A stretch of DNA of 64,000 bases from Octopus sinensis (GCF_006345805.1 NC_043000.1:46624001-46688000), one strand, 5' to 3'. Shown: positions 40,268 through 53,445, numbered from the stretch's first letter. Made by a program: numbers and translations. Notes: generated by a model from the sequence alone, not told the origin.

Positions 40268-41628
40268 CTTTTAGGGTGTCGATAGTCAAGCATCATTAAC
40301 GAGTTCCTGCTTATGGTCAGATTCTTTATTCAGGAAATGTTCAGAACATCCCATCACAGACAGGTGTAGGCACCAACAAGCCTTGCCTCTAAGTATTGTA
40401 AGAGTGTCCATGCAGAAGACCCATAACAGCACTAATTCCACAGTGGAAAAGAAGCCTCTCTTTAACATCATCTCATAGTAATGACTTGCAGATTACACTG
40501 GTATCATAAAGAACAACCCGTGTTTTACGTACATTACTGTGGCCGAGGAAGACTTTGTCTTTCATCCTTTCAGGGTCGATTAAATAATTACCAGTTATGC
40601 ACTAGAGCCGATGTAATTGACTTAATCCCTTTGTCTGTCCTTGTTTGTCCCCTCGATGTCTAGCTCCCCTGTGGGCAATAAAGAAATAAATATTGCTTAA
40701 CTATAGGAAAGATTCAACAACTTTTAGAGGGTTTTGATTGAATGAATTGATTGTAGATGTATTTTGTTTTTTAGGCATTGATATAAAGATCAATACCTTC
40801 TAATGCCCTTTTCATGGTTGGGCAATATGGGAAAGTAAATTTTGTTTGCATGAAGTTGAACCTGTTAATTGATGAGGTGGGGTCAAGACAAAAAATCTTC
40901 AGACAGTTTTACTGTTTATTCATCCCTCAAAAGTGTTTGACTCTGTCTGGCAAGACAAAATGGAGCAAATTCTTCTTACATGCAGTAAACCTCAAGAGAG
41001 CAACACTTTGAATTTGTCTGACTAATATCATGTGTATGAAAGAGAAAGAGTAAAGAGAGAGAGAGAGAGTGAGTGAGGGATAGTACAGAGAGAGTAGAAA
41101 GAGAGATAGAATAGAAATAGAGAGAGAAAGAGATATTAGAAAGAGAAAGAGTAGAGAGTGTGCAAGAGAGTGAATAGAGAGAGATTCTTCCCAAAAATGA
41201 GAGAGAAGAGAGGGAAAAGGGACACATCAGAATTATGGAATCAGAATTATGGAATTAAGGGACTGCCGTGGAACATGGACAGATAGGCATTTATACTATT
41301 GTTGATATCATTGAACAGAACAATAGTCAACAAATGTAGGTTGTGTTAGAGGATTTAGATACTATTTCTAGCATGCTGAGTGACTGTGTAGGAGCTTCTT
41401 TGTTGAATTGATGCTGAGGGTTTAATACAAAAGAGAAGAGTTGTGAATGTTATGTTTAAAGAAAATGAAAGTCGAGGGAAGTACAGAATATTTTGAAAGC
41501 ATGGCTGTGTGGTAAGTAGGTTCAGTCCCACCGCATGGCACTTTGGGTGAGTGTTTTCTACTGTAGCCTCAGGCTGACCAAAGCCTTGTGAGTGGATTTG
41601 GTAGACGAAAACTGAAAGAAGCCCATCG

Positions 41629-41671
<43 letters not shown>

Positions 41672-42361
41672 GTATGTGTGTGAATATGTTTGTATGTCTG
41701 TGTTTGTCCCCCCCAATATCACTTGACAACCGATGCTGGTGAGTTTACGTCCTAGTAACTTAGTGGTTCTGCAAAACAGACCAATAAAATAAGTACTAGG
41801 CTTCCAAAGAATAAGTCCTGGAGTCGATTTATTTGACTAAAGGTGGTGCTCCAGCATGACCACAGTCAAATGACTGAAACAAGTAAAAGAGTAAAAGAGT
41901 ATGTGCATAACAATTTGCCCACACATAAATGAGTAAGTAAATATGTGTTTGCATGCATCTGCAGGCATGGCTAAGTATGTGCATGTATATGTGTAGATGT
42001 GTGTGTGCGTATGTGTGCGCATGAATGTAGGTATTCATGTGTGAGCAGGGGAGGTTCAAATCATACAGTAAGCATTTTATATCCCGTTTGTTTTTAGTAG
42101 CATGAAATAGACATATTTTCCGACAGCCTCTGCTATATCCAAGTTGGCACTATTTTCCAAAAATGTTGCAATCTTTATAATTTTAAAGTATTATGAAATG
42201 ATAGAGGTGTCAAAGAATGTATGTGAGCTGAAATATAAATAACAGGGAAATTAGAGTTTATAGATAAATTAGTAGTGTATGTTTGTGAAATGTAGAGAAT
42301 AATACAACCAAAATGCATTTGATATTTATCAATCAAGGGTAAATTGTGTTTTTAGAAAATG

Positions 42362-42670
42362 TGGAGGCGCAATGGCCCAGTGGTTTGGGCAGCGGACTCA
42401 CGATCGGAAGATCATGGTTACAATTCCCAGACCGGGCGTTGTATGTGTTTATTGAGCGAAAACACCTAAAGCTCCACGAGGCTCCGGCAGGGGATGGCGG
42501 CGACCCCTATTGTACTCTTTCATTCCAACTTTCTCTCACTCTTTCTTGTTGTTTCTTGGGTAATACTGTGATGTACTGGCGTCCTGTTCAGCAGTGGGGA
42601 AGACATATATCACAAAAACCAGGAAACCGGGCCCATGAGCCTGGCTAGGTTTGAAAAGGGTGACGTTTTA
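42362..42670 (+). mobile_element. SINE with family-E head and body and family-C tail
   Basis: 5' half matches 15330-15484(-). The 3' half GGAAACCGGGCCCATGAGCCTGGCTAGG matches 7830-7860. Confidence 0.75.
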
Positions 42671-45047
42671 TTTATCGTGTTTTTAGAAAGTGGCTTTATG
42701 TTGTAGAATAGAGAGCATAAGAAATGAAACTTGCATGTGAAACCCTTAATGCTAAAGGAAGTTATCCAGTGATGGGCAGTTGTGTCATCTAAGACAAGGA
42801 CATAACATTGTAAACAAAATCTGAGTCATTTTGAAAATGAGTAGGTGACTTATTAATGCTAAGATATTATTTTATTACATTATTTCAATTAAAACAGCTT
42901 ACATCTATTACAATGATCCTGAAATTAAGTTGGTCTATGGCATGAACATAGAATCCTGGTCCCATTTTAAATAATGAGTAAATTTCTACTACATCACATG
43001 CAAATGCTAAAGATTTTGCACAATCCAAATGCAATTGTACTTAAAAATCAAAGAAATGAAGACATTACAAATAATTTACTTGTTATATGCACCAGTTTGA
43101 AAAATGTGCTGTTTACTTCAAGGATTTCTTCTGACAAGGTCTGCAACCATTTTGTCACTGATAAAAAGCATGTCTGGGCACCTGTTTTGAAGATTTCCCT
43201 GATTAATGTATAGGCATTTTCACTTCTTGAAAAATGCCTCTACTCACCATAATGCTAGAAATTTATTAGGGATAGTAAAATTAAACGTCTCTCTCTATTT
43301 TGCTTTTTGTCTGCTAGCACATATTCAGTTATTCAACCAATAGTTCAAGTATTAACTGTTATAAGAGAATGTAACAAGAATTCTTTTAGTAAAAATCTCG
43401 GAGCCTGTTCATAACATTTCTCACTACCATCTCCCACTCTTCTTTCCCATTCTTGTGAATTCACCCATCTACTCACCCAGTCCAATCCTTGGTCCACTTC
43501 ACTATATACACCTCCCTGTAACTTAGGTGTATGGCTCCTGCTCTCTCCTCATTACATCTTCACTATCTTCTCTCTCTCTCATCTCTCTTTCCTCCTAAGG
43601 TCGCCATGTTTCTCTTCAAATGCAAGACAATTTTTTTGCCCTTCAATACACCTCTCACACCCCAGTTGAGGGGCCTTGTACTGCTAGTTACTTAGTAGCA
43701 TTACTACTGCTGATGCTACATAAAATGTACTCAATACACTCTATAAAGTGGTCGGCATTAAGAAGGGTATCCAGCTGTAGAAGGCAGACAGCAAAGCTTG
43801 GTGCAGTCTTCTGATTTGCCAATTCCTGTCAGACTGTCCTACCTATGCCAGTTAGGAAAATGGAAATCAAATGACGATGGTGGTGGTGGTGGTGGTGTTG
43901 TTGGTTGTGGTGATGGTGGTGATAGTGATGATGATGATGATGGTGATAAATGTGCTGTGAGATGAAGAAGAAACAGAAGATACAAGGGATCCAGGATACT
44001 TCAAAATCTATGAGACTGCAACATTAAGCCAGCAGTTTATATAACTTGGCAGTTGCTGGGAAGCAGATAAAGGCTGTGACTTTGGCAAACGGTGGAAAGA
44101 AGTTGAAACTGATTTGGTATTTGAAGCATTTTAAATAAATTAATTTCAGCACAATTTTGTGAATGTTGGCAACTTGGAAACAGCAGAAAGATTGACTTGA
44201 AAACAATGAAAATGATTCTAGTTATCAATTACTCACTCATGAAGAAATTTTAGATAAAGTTTTGTAGAGAAATGCAAAAGAAACAACCAAGGAAAAAAGA
44301 GTTATGCAAGCGCAACCAAGAGTGTCTAAATTGAGGAATCTCATAAACACCCTTCGTTATATAGTGACATATCTGGACCCTAAGTTTATCTATTAAGATT
44401 TTTGATAGCTCAGAATTATTATAATTAAGAAAAAGAATGCTGGATGACATACACGCTAGACATTTTCTTTAAGCTAAATGCCTCCATTTCTTCACATTTC
44501 AGAAGTGTCTGAACCTGAGGCCCCACTTCAACTCCATCATTTAGAAACTAAATAAAGACTGAAGAAATACCATTATACTCATGAATAGAATTCTCTTTAA
44601 TAGCACTGCCAAAAAGGATGGGGAAAATTTATATATTCTTTCCTAAAAATAATAATTTTATATTGTGCAGCAGAATATATTGTATTAAAGTCTTTTTACA
44701 TTAAAAACAATAAAAAACTGTCTTCTAGCTGGCTTTTGATTTTGCAGATACAACCTCCTCTCTTACTACTCCATTAAATTGGAGGATTCACTTTATATGT
44801 GAGTCTGTGTGTATGTCTATATATCTTTGCATGCTGTGCTTGTGTTTGTGTGCATATATATTATATATATATATATATATATATTTACACATCTGTATGT
44901 TTGTGCGAATATGTGTTTATGTATATATATGCATATGTTTACACATATATGCACATATATATATATATGTGTGTGTGCACATTTAGGTCTATCTATTTAG
45001 CTCACATAGCACTCACACTCTCTCTCTATCTCTAAATATATATGTAC

Positions 45048-45098
<51 letters not shown>

Positions 45099-46713
45099 CA
45101 TACTTATATATATATTTATACACACACACACACACGTATGTATGCAAGTTCAAAGTAAAAATAAAAACAATGTCATTTGTTTTTTTGTTTTTTTTTATGC
45201 TTTTTAAAGACATTCTCATGTTTCTCTCATTGATTACTATGTAGCCAAATTCTATCTCTCAAAATTTCTAACTGTTCAAAAAAAAAAAAAACGACTATTC
45301 TCAAAAATAATAATAATAACAATAAGAATAATAATAATAATGATAACAACCAGAAAGCTTAGCTCGCTGAATCTTTCCTTGATAACTATCTTTAAATGAT
45401 AGGGCAGTTACAGAGCAGTTGGCATAAGCATGATATATATCCTGACTGCAAAATATTTGATTCAAGATCTCCTGATCAAGGATGGATTTCCATATCAATC
45501 ATGCCAAAGATAGTGTAAAACAGAATACATAACAAGGAAAAACAAAAGAATAAGCTGCAGAAGCATTGCAATATTCTGCATAAATGGTAAAATATTGTGT
45601 AATGGCTATGAGGTTAAGCTACTAGACTATTAGACGCAGTGTTAAGATGTTTCCTTTGCAAACACATGGCTGTGGGTTTGATAATCAACTATATGGCAAC
45701 TTGGGCCAGTGTCTTCTTCTGTAGTTTTACCTCATGTGTGGAATTTGGTAGAGGGAAATGCAGAGGCAGCCAGCTACATATACATATATATATGTATGTA
45801 TGTACGCCTGTCTGTGACGTCCTGTTTTTGTTATTATTATTATCATCATTGTTTTTACATATTTTTGTATTCTTATTCGTGTAACATTGTTCCTTTTTCC
45901 GTCCTTGTTTTGTATACATTGGAGGCTTTCTTCCAAGGAATCTAATGTGCTTGGCTTAGATTTTCCTTTGAGGCTGGCCAGATCGGAGCAATCTCAAGAT
46001 TAATCAGCCGAAATTGCAAGGATGATCCAGTTCTTGACTGAAGATTGTAGGCTTCGAATGTCCCATCCGTGTTTTTTGTATCATCTTCCAAATGTTTTGC
46101 GTTCTTGTCCCAGTTTGTATTTTTTTACATATATATATATATATATATAGTGGCGCCCGTACCCCTTTGATCTTATATATATATATATATATACATATAA
46201 TGTATGTATATATATATATGTATGTATGTATATTCATAACTATATGTATATATGCATATATATCAAAAGGATTTGATACAATTCTATTCCACAGCCATAT
46301 CAACAATCCAACATACCTCCATCATCAGCTGCCCCACGGATATCATTATGGTATGTACATTGGGGGGAAATAAATATTCGTACATGTCAAAATTCTTTAT
46401 TTATTTAATATCTAATGAAAATAAATGGGATATACCAATACTATAATTCCACACACATGCATAAACTAAGAATATGCAAAAGAAACTAATAAATTATAGT
46501 AACTAAGGATATTTATATACAATTATAAATATTTAGGGGTGAAAAAAGTATTCGTACATCAACCAAATTATTTTATCGACCCTAAAACGATGAAAGGCAA
46601 ATCAACTCCAGTAGAATTTGAACTTAGAATGCAAAGATGGACAAAATGCTGCTAAACTTTTTACTTGATATGTTAATCATTCTACAAGCTCACCACCTTA
46701 TTAATATTATTAA

Positions 46714-47096
46714 TCTCTCTATATATAAAGCTGAATTTGTCTGTGTATGGCAGGTTTGGTAGACTTCAACTAACACTATCTCCTCCGAGACCCTGCGGTG
46801 CAAGTTGACCAAAATTAAGTGTATGATAGAAGGCTTGCTCCTCCTTCCGTAGAAGAAAAAATTCAAATCATTTTAACACCAAAAATTATTTACATCAAAA
46901 AGGTGCTTTTTTCCTATGAAAATCCCTATTTTTTACAATTTTTTACTGCTGTGTCGCCATTTTTCGGTGTATTTCAACCAGAAAAATCTTCAATTAAAGA
47001 GAATAGCAAGCTATATAATGCAAAATTTTTACTTTTCAAAAATTCTATTTCTAAAGGGTCAAAACAAACCCAAGCAACACCGGGCGATACTGCTAG
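46714..47096 (+). mobile_element. Complete non-autonomous Helitron
   Basis: A|TCTCTCTATATATAAAG ... CCCAAGCAACACCGGGCGATACTGCTAG|T. Same family as 1-299. Confidence 0.85.
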
Positions 47097-47630
47097 TAAA
47101 TTATAAGTGTTAATGAATAGTATTAGTTCAAGAAAGAAATAATACCTTAGTGTAATTCAGGCAGATAGTAAAATGGATTGGCTTAGGCAATTTATTCAGA
47201 GTTAGAATGAATTTATGTGTGCAAAGTTTAAATTTCTATATAAGATTACATGTGTCAAATTTCTAAAAAAATAAATAGTTATGAGTATATATGTCATTAG
47301 GAATATAAACCTACTATAAGATTATATTTATATAAGATTATATTTTTATAAGATTATATTTATATAAAGAAACTAGAATACATACTGTCTAAAGAAATAC
47401 TATAAGATTTATATGAACTTGTTTGCATATAAGAACTCTTAAATTACTAAAATCCAAAAGAAGATTCCATAAAAGAAGTGTCTAAAACAAATTATATAAA
47501 TTTTAAGAAAATATATATCAAACTAACTTATAGAGTAATTTAATTAAAATGAGCAAGAGTTATATTTATAGTAAATTTCATTAAGTGGCTAATAATGTCT
47601 ATGATAACCTAAAATTACACATGTTAGAAA

Positions 47631-48068
47631 TCTATTATATAAAATCCATTCTGTCTCTCTATGTGTGTGTCTTCTAGGGTCTCGGGCATCCTCCATCTGA
47701 TTGCGCTCAAATTAGATATGTAGATACCGACAGTATCAGGGCGTCTATAAGTCTTGAAAAATTACAAAAATTGATTCCAGGTGAGAATGCGATCGATAAA
47801 GCCGTTGTGTTCTCCCAGTCAACAGCCTTATTATCACTGGTACTTTAAACTCTTCGGTTGCATATTTGTGTGGATAAAATCGTTTCTCTTTGGAATAGAA
47901 AACAAGTCTATCTTTATTTCTTCTTTTGCTGGTGTCTCCAGTTTAGATTAAATCAATGTTTCCCAAAGGGGAGGCCTATGGGATGGTCAAACAAACTGTT
48001 TTGAGAAAATTTGGTTTAAATGTTTGACAACTCAGTACCGTCCATTGGACAGGGTGGCATTTTGCTCG
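47631..48068 (+). mobile_element. Non-autonomous Helitron, different family
   Basis: A|TCTATTATATAAA start, 3' hairpin GTCC-ATT-GGAC, then CTCG|T (about CTAG). Confidence 0.6.
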
Positions 48069-48077
48069 TAATATATA

Positions 48078-48406
48078 AAAACAATTGCAGCATGGAAGGT
48101 GTTTGTAAGCCAATTTAAGAAACACACAAAAGCCGTTCGATTCACTTCAACATTTAAGTTTAATTTGTCAAAATATTTTTTTTTCGTCGCTATTAGATCG
48201 TGACCTGTTCTGCTGGATTTTTGTCAGTGAACAGGTCGCGGTCTTATAGCGACGAAAATATTTTGACAAATTAAACTTAAATGTTGAAGTGAATCAAACG
48301 GCTTTTGTGTGTTTCTTAAATGGCTTACAAACACCTTCCACGCTGCAATTGTTTTGTTCCAGCACATGATCTCAGATCAAATCACTTGCTATGCAAGTAC
48401 ATCTCT
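48078..48406. mobile_element. PLE-type inverted-repeat insertion (~130-bp arms, 48078-48355) with 19-bp flanking direct repeat
   Basis: Arms are reverse-complementary. GTAATATATAAAAACAATT at 48068-48086 and 48407-48425. Confidence 0.8.
48220..48270 (+). ncRNA. Minimal type-I hammerhead ribozyme with variant core G3/C8
   Basis: UUUGUCA-GUGAACA-G-GUCGC(GGUCUUAUA)GCGAC-GAA-AAUAUU-U-UGACAAA. 7-bp stem I, 5-bp stem II, palindromic stem III. Confidence 0.7.
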
Positions 48407-48642
48407 GTAATATATAAAAACAATTAAATATAAAAATCATATATACATTACAGGTTTTGTGTTATGATAAAAGTTGTACCCTACATACCCAAATCATGCT
48501 AACATATCACTTCTTTCTTGACGAAATATAGGTCTATATTCAATTCACGATTTGTTCTTTTATTACTAGTGGACACAGTGTCCTTTGATTAGTTTCCTAC
48601 TCGTATATGTCATGTTTGTTTTTATAAAACAGTTGTGATGTG

Positions 48643-48676
<34 letters not shown>

Positions 48677-48957
48677 TTCATTATCCTCATTTAGCGTCTG
48701 TCTTCTCTGCCCGCATGGCTTGAATGGTTTCACTGGAGCTAGGCAAGCTGAAGTGCACCAGGTTCAATTTTCTGTTTTGGCATGCTTTCTACTGCTGGAT
48801 ACCCTTCCTAATGCCAACCACATTACAGAGTGTACTGGGTTTTTTTATATGGCACTAACACCAGTGCAATCTGTCACTCTCTATATGTATCTATCCATAT
48901 ACATATACCTGTATATATATATACACACATATATACATATATATATATATATATATC

Positions 48958-49001
<44 letters not shown>

Positions 49002-50661
49002 ATATATATATTTATATATATGTGTGTGTGTGTGTGTGTGTATCCATCCACACATACACTCACACATACATGTATACACACACATGCACAAACACACTCA
49101 CAATATGTATCACCTAACTTTTGCGGTACTTGTGCCGGTGGCACGTGAAAAACAATACTTGAGTGAGGTCATTTCCAGTGCTGCTGGACTGGTTCCTGTG
49201 CAGGTGGCACATAAAAAACACTTGACTGGCCCTCGTGCTGGTGGCATGTAAAAGCACCCACTACACTCTTGGAGTGGTTGGCATTAGGAATGGCATCCAC
49301 CTGTAGAAACTCTGCCAGATCGGATTGGATCCTGGTGCATCCATCTGGCTCGCCAGTCCTCAGTCAAATCGTCCAACCCATGCCAGCATGGAAAGCAGAC
49401 ATTAAATGATGATGATGATGATGATGATCTGTAAACAATGACCAATGTAGCTAAATGTGATTTGAGGAAAAGATGGAAATATATAATAATTATAAAGGAT
49501 AATAAAGGAAAATAGTTTAAAGAATTAATACAAATAGCAGATAATGAAAAGTAGAAAACTATAAGCAACTGTGACTTGTGTATGAAATGAAATATCTTAC
49601 TTTTGAATATCATATTCTCATATGCATTATATACACCTTATATTTGGTGAAATGTGCAAAAATATATATTTCTCTGCAAATATATTTTATTTTTCAATAA
49701 ATAGGCGCAGGAGTGGCTGTGTGGTAAGTAGCTTGTTTACCAACCACATGGTTCCGAGTTCAGTCCCACTGCGTGGCACCTTGGGCAAGTGTCTTCTAAT
49801 ATAGCCTTGGGCCGACCAAAGCCTTGTGAGTGGATTTGGTAGACGGAAACTGAAAGAAGCCTGTCATATATATGTATATATATATATATATATGCATGTG
49901 TGTTTGTGTGTCTGTGTTTGTCCCCCTAGCATTGCTTGACAACCGATGCTGGTGTGTTCATGTCCCCGTTACTTAGCGGTTCGGCAAAAGAGACTAATAG
50001 AATAAGTACTGGGCTTACAAAAGAATAAGTCCCGGGGTCGAGTTGGTCGATTAAAGGCGGTGCTCCAGCATGGCCGCAGTCAAATGATTGAAACAAGTAA
50101 AAGAGTAAAGAGTAAAGAGTAAATGAATAAGAGAGAGAGAGAGACAAGAGATAAAGTGTAAAAGGTATAAGACATTGAAAAAAGAATGAGGATAAGATTG
50201 AGAGAAATTAAAAGAATAATAGGAATAGTGGTGGTGAACAAAGATTTGGGAAGACAGTGAAAGAGAGTTTTGCTAAAAAGCAGAGTACAAAAAATGGGAT
50301 ATAAATGGAGTGAGCAAGGAAAGACAAAATGTTGAAGGAATAAGATTAAAAATGCTGACTCTACCATAGGGAATAAAAAATAGTTATCTGATTAAATTAT
50401 GTAGTAGAAATCTTCAGTATTGAAAGAAATTTTAAGGCCATACTTTGATTAAAATATATGAAATTTGACTTTTTAAGAATTTTCTAGGTATTGTAAATTT
50501 TCATAATTGCTATTTTTAATAAAGGTTATATACACATAACTAATTAACAGCTAGCTTTCTTCATTATTGAATAGATTACTTTCTTTACCTGGTTCCTTAA
50601 CCTTTCCTTTCACCTTCTTGTCTACTGATCTTTCTACTTCACCTTGTCATTTTACCTTTAA

Positions 50662-50882
50662 CCCTTTCATTACTGTATTTATTTTGAGATGCTCTGTGTT
50701 TCTTTCAATTAATTTATATATAAGAAAGAATTTAGTAAAATAACTTAGTTATCCTTAAGCTGGTGTTAGGAACATAAACTGTGACTAAAGTTTGGAGGAA
50801 GATTTTAACTCAAAACTTATGAAAACAAGACATTTGTACTATAGAGCCAGAGGCAGTTTCAGCTGGGTCCGTATCGAAAGGG
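50662..50882. mobile_element. piggyBac-type MITE
   Basis: TTAA|CCCTTTCATTAC ... GTATCGAAAGGG|TTAA. Confidence 0.85.
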
Positions 50883-51021
50883 TTAAATTATTTCTTGAGT
50901 TCACTCCCTTGAATAAAAATTCCTTTCTTTCTCAGTTGTATAACACATGTCATACTCCTCCTACATTACCTCCACCTTTTCTTTTTTATATATCCTGCCA
51001 CAAGTTGGTATAGATAAATTA

Positions 51022-51170
51022 TGTAGTGGAGGTTTAATCAATGTGTTCACATGATATACTTTGCAAGACTACCAAATCACTCACTGTAACAACTCTTTAT
51101 AAGAGTTAGGCTAGTCCATTCTTCCCATCACCCAGGGGTGTCAATGACTCTTACCACATCTCCCCTTTTA
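51022..51170 (-). mobile_element. Possible polypurine tract and short 3' LTR
   Basis: Minus strand AAAAGGGGAGA|TGTGGTAAG ... ATTAAA ... CCACTACA, downstream of the gag relic on the same strand. Confidence 0.4.
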
Positions 51171-51919
51171 AGATTGACTTCTGTTGGAAGTTAATATTAT
51201 TATTTTTATTTATTTTTACGTTGTCACTTTTATATTACCCAACTTTTAGGTAGAGTTGTTCATTTTGCACACTGCACTCTTGTTAGTACTTTTTTTTTTC
51301 ATTCAAACGGACTTTAGTGCAAATTTTTTAACCCCAAGAAGACATCTACTCTAGCTGGTTAACACTGCACAGTTGCATCTGATATATTGTGAGCAAGGGA
51401 ATTAAACCCTTACAACATTCTAGCAACGGGACCAACACACATTAATTCAAACAACTACCATTACAGCAGCTTACATGTTCAGTGTGAGTTCAACATGGAA
51501 CTAACACACCGACTCTTACCAGTCTCTAGCAAAACTCTTCAATGACTTCTGCTGAGTTGCCGTCTTTTCACGAGACATGCTAGGTATTTTACTGGTGGTA
51601 CTTTTGCTGCTGAGCACACAACCTCTACCAGTTATCACCAATTTCTCGATGTCCCAGCACACACAACAGGTTGTACTGGGTTACATGTTACCAGTAGTGC
51701 CCATAAAAGTGACCTGACCAGTGTGACAATTTGTACAGAGTTACACCTTACCAGTAGCACCGAAGAACAACCAGACCTTATTTTTCTAGTATTACACAAT
51801 ATTGGCCTTTTCACACAATATCAGCCTAGAATTCAAAATTAGGAATTTGAATTTTTATACAATCTCAGCCTTTTCACACTTTCAGCCTGGAATTTGAAAT
51901 TTTTATTTCTTTTGTAAAT

Positions 51920-52257
51920 AAATTTAAACATTGCCAATGAGTACTGAACAGGGAACTTCCTTCACTGAAAATTCTCGATAACAAATTAACTGTTTCGTCA
52001 AAATAAATTTCACTTGGTTTCTTTGGCAGAATATAGTGACAGTATTTTTCGTGTTTGGCAGGAGATAACTTCCTTTAAAGAAGTCATACCTTCTTCTCGT
52101 CATTCCAGTTTTTACATTCTTCTTTGAAGATTTCTTCATATCTTTGAGACTATGAAGAAAAAGTAGTACCTTCTTCTGGGTTATAGATAAATTCTCCAAT
52201 TGATTTTGCTACACTGTCTGATGACAACGAAACTGAAGAATTTTCAAACTTCTTCAT
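51920..52257 (-). pseudogene. Decayed Gypsy (K02A2.6-like) gag N-terminal region
   Basis: Frame with stops: SIGEFIYNPEEGTTFSS*SQRYEEIFKEECKNWNDEKKV*LL*RKLSPAKHEKYCHYILPKKPSEIYFDETVNLLSRIFSEGSSLFSTHWQCLN. Confidence 0.75.
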
Positions 52258-52406
52258 TATCACAAATCAGTATTTGCGAAGGGAAATCATTGTTCCCATC
52301 TCTAGCCTTGCTTGATTCTCCTTCTGAGATCAGAGGCAATTTGTCACTGGAAAAGCATATAGTATTTTGCATTTGAAATCACTTCTCATCCCTAGCCAGT
52401 GATTGC

Positions 52407-52451
52407 CACACGCTGATGACGGGTTACTATCCAGAAACCTGGGTCTGTGTG
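52407..52451 (+). ncRNA. Near-canonical minimal type-I hammerhead ribozyme within inverted repeat 52266-52498
   Basis: CACACG-CUGAUGA-C-GGGU(UACU)AUCC-A-GAA-ACC(UG)GGU-C-UGUGUG with GUC triplet. Confidence 0.75.
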
Positions 52452-53445
52452 TATCTCATAAGGCTAGGGAACGATGACTTCCTTTCACAAATACTGATCA
52501 AGCACTGACAGTGTGTCATTAGCCAGTTGGAGGAGATGTCTTCTTGGGGCTATAAATTACAGTAGCATTGTCCCATATGGGTCAGCCACATTTAGGTGGC
52601 AAATATACTTCATGATGTCACACTGCTACTGTTTACATCTCACTCAAAGATTTATTATTGCTATATATATAAATATATATGAATATACATATATATCTTA
52701 AGTTACCATCTAACACACATGCAATACTAATTGAAACAATCAGTTGAAATGGGTTCAAACTACTGGGCATATTGCCTATGTCCAGAAAAAACTGTTTAAA
52801 ATCTTACCTACAGTGTTTGTGTATGTGTGTGCGTGTGAGTGTGTCTGTCTATGTTTGCCCCAAACCACTGCTTGACGACTGGTATTGGTGTGTTTACATC
52901 TCTGTACATAGCAATTCAGCAAAAGAGATTGATAGAATATGTACCAGGCTTTAGAAATAAAAATAAGTACTGGGATCGATTCATTCAACTAAAAATTCTT
53001 CAAGGTGGTGCCCCAGTATGGCCACAGTTTAATGATTGAAACAATAAAAAAAAATAAAAGAGAGAAATGAAAGAATAAAACATACATACAAACAGTTAAA
53101 TGGAGATGTATGAGTGTAAACAAGAGAATAGGAAAAACGTAGAGAGATAATTTGTTAGAACTTGAAAAATCACTATTTTGAAAATCTCATTGTTAATTTA
53201 TGAACTGTTGTGAAAAATGGTATGTAGGTCTTGATAGCTAAAGTACATACAGAAAGTCTGAGAAAGTGTGACATGTACTGATTGCTGAAAAAGCTATATA
53301 TCATTATCATTGTTGTCGTTGTCATCATCGTCAGTATCACCATTTAATGTCTGTTTTCAATGCTGTTTTAAGTTGGATGGCTTGACTAGAGCTAGCAAAT
53401 CACCAAATAGCATAGTCTGTTTTTGTGTTGGTTCCTACAGTTTGA

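Noticed and set aside
52215-52245. CTGATGA-CAAC-GAAAC hammerhead-like core
   Set aside because: No stem II, no stem I or III pairing, and it lies antisense within gag coding sequence.
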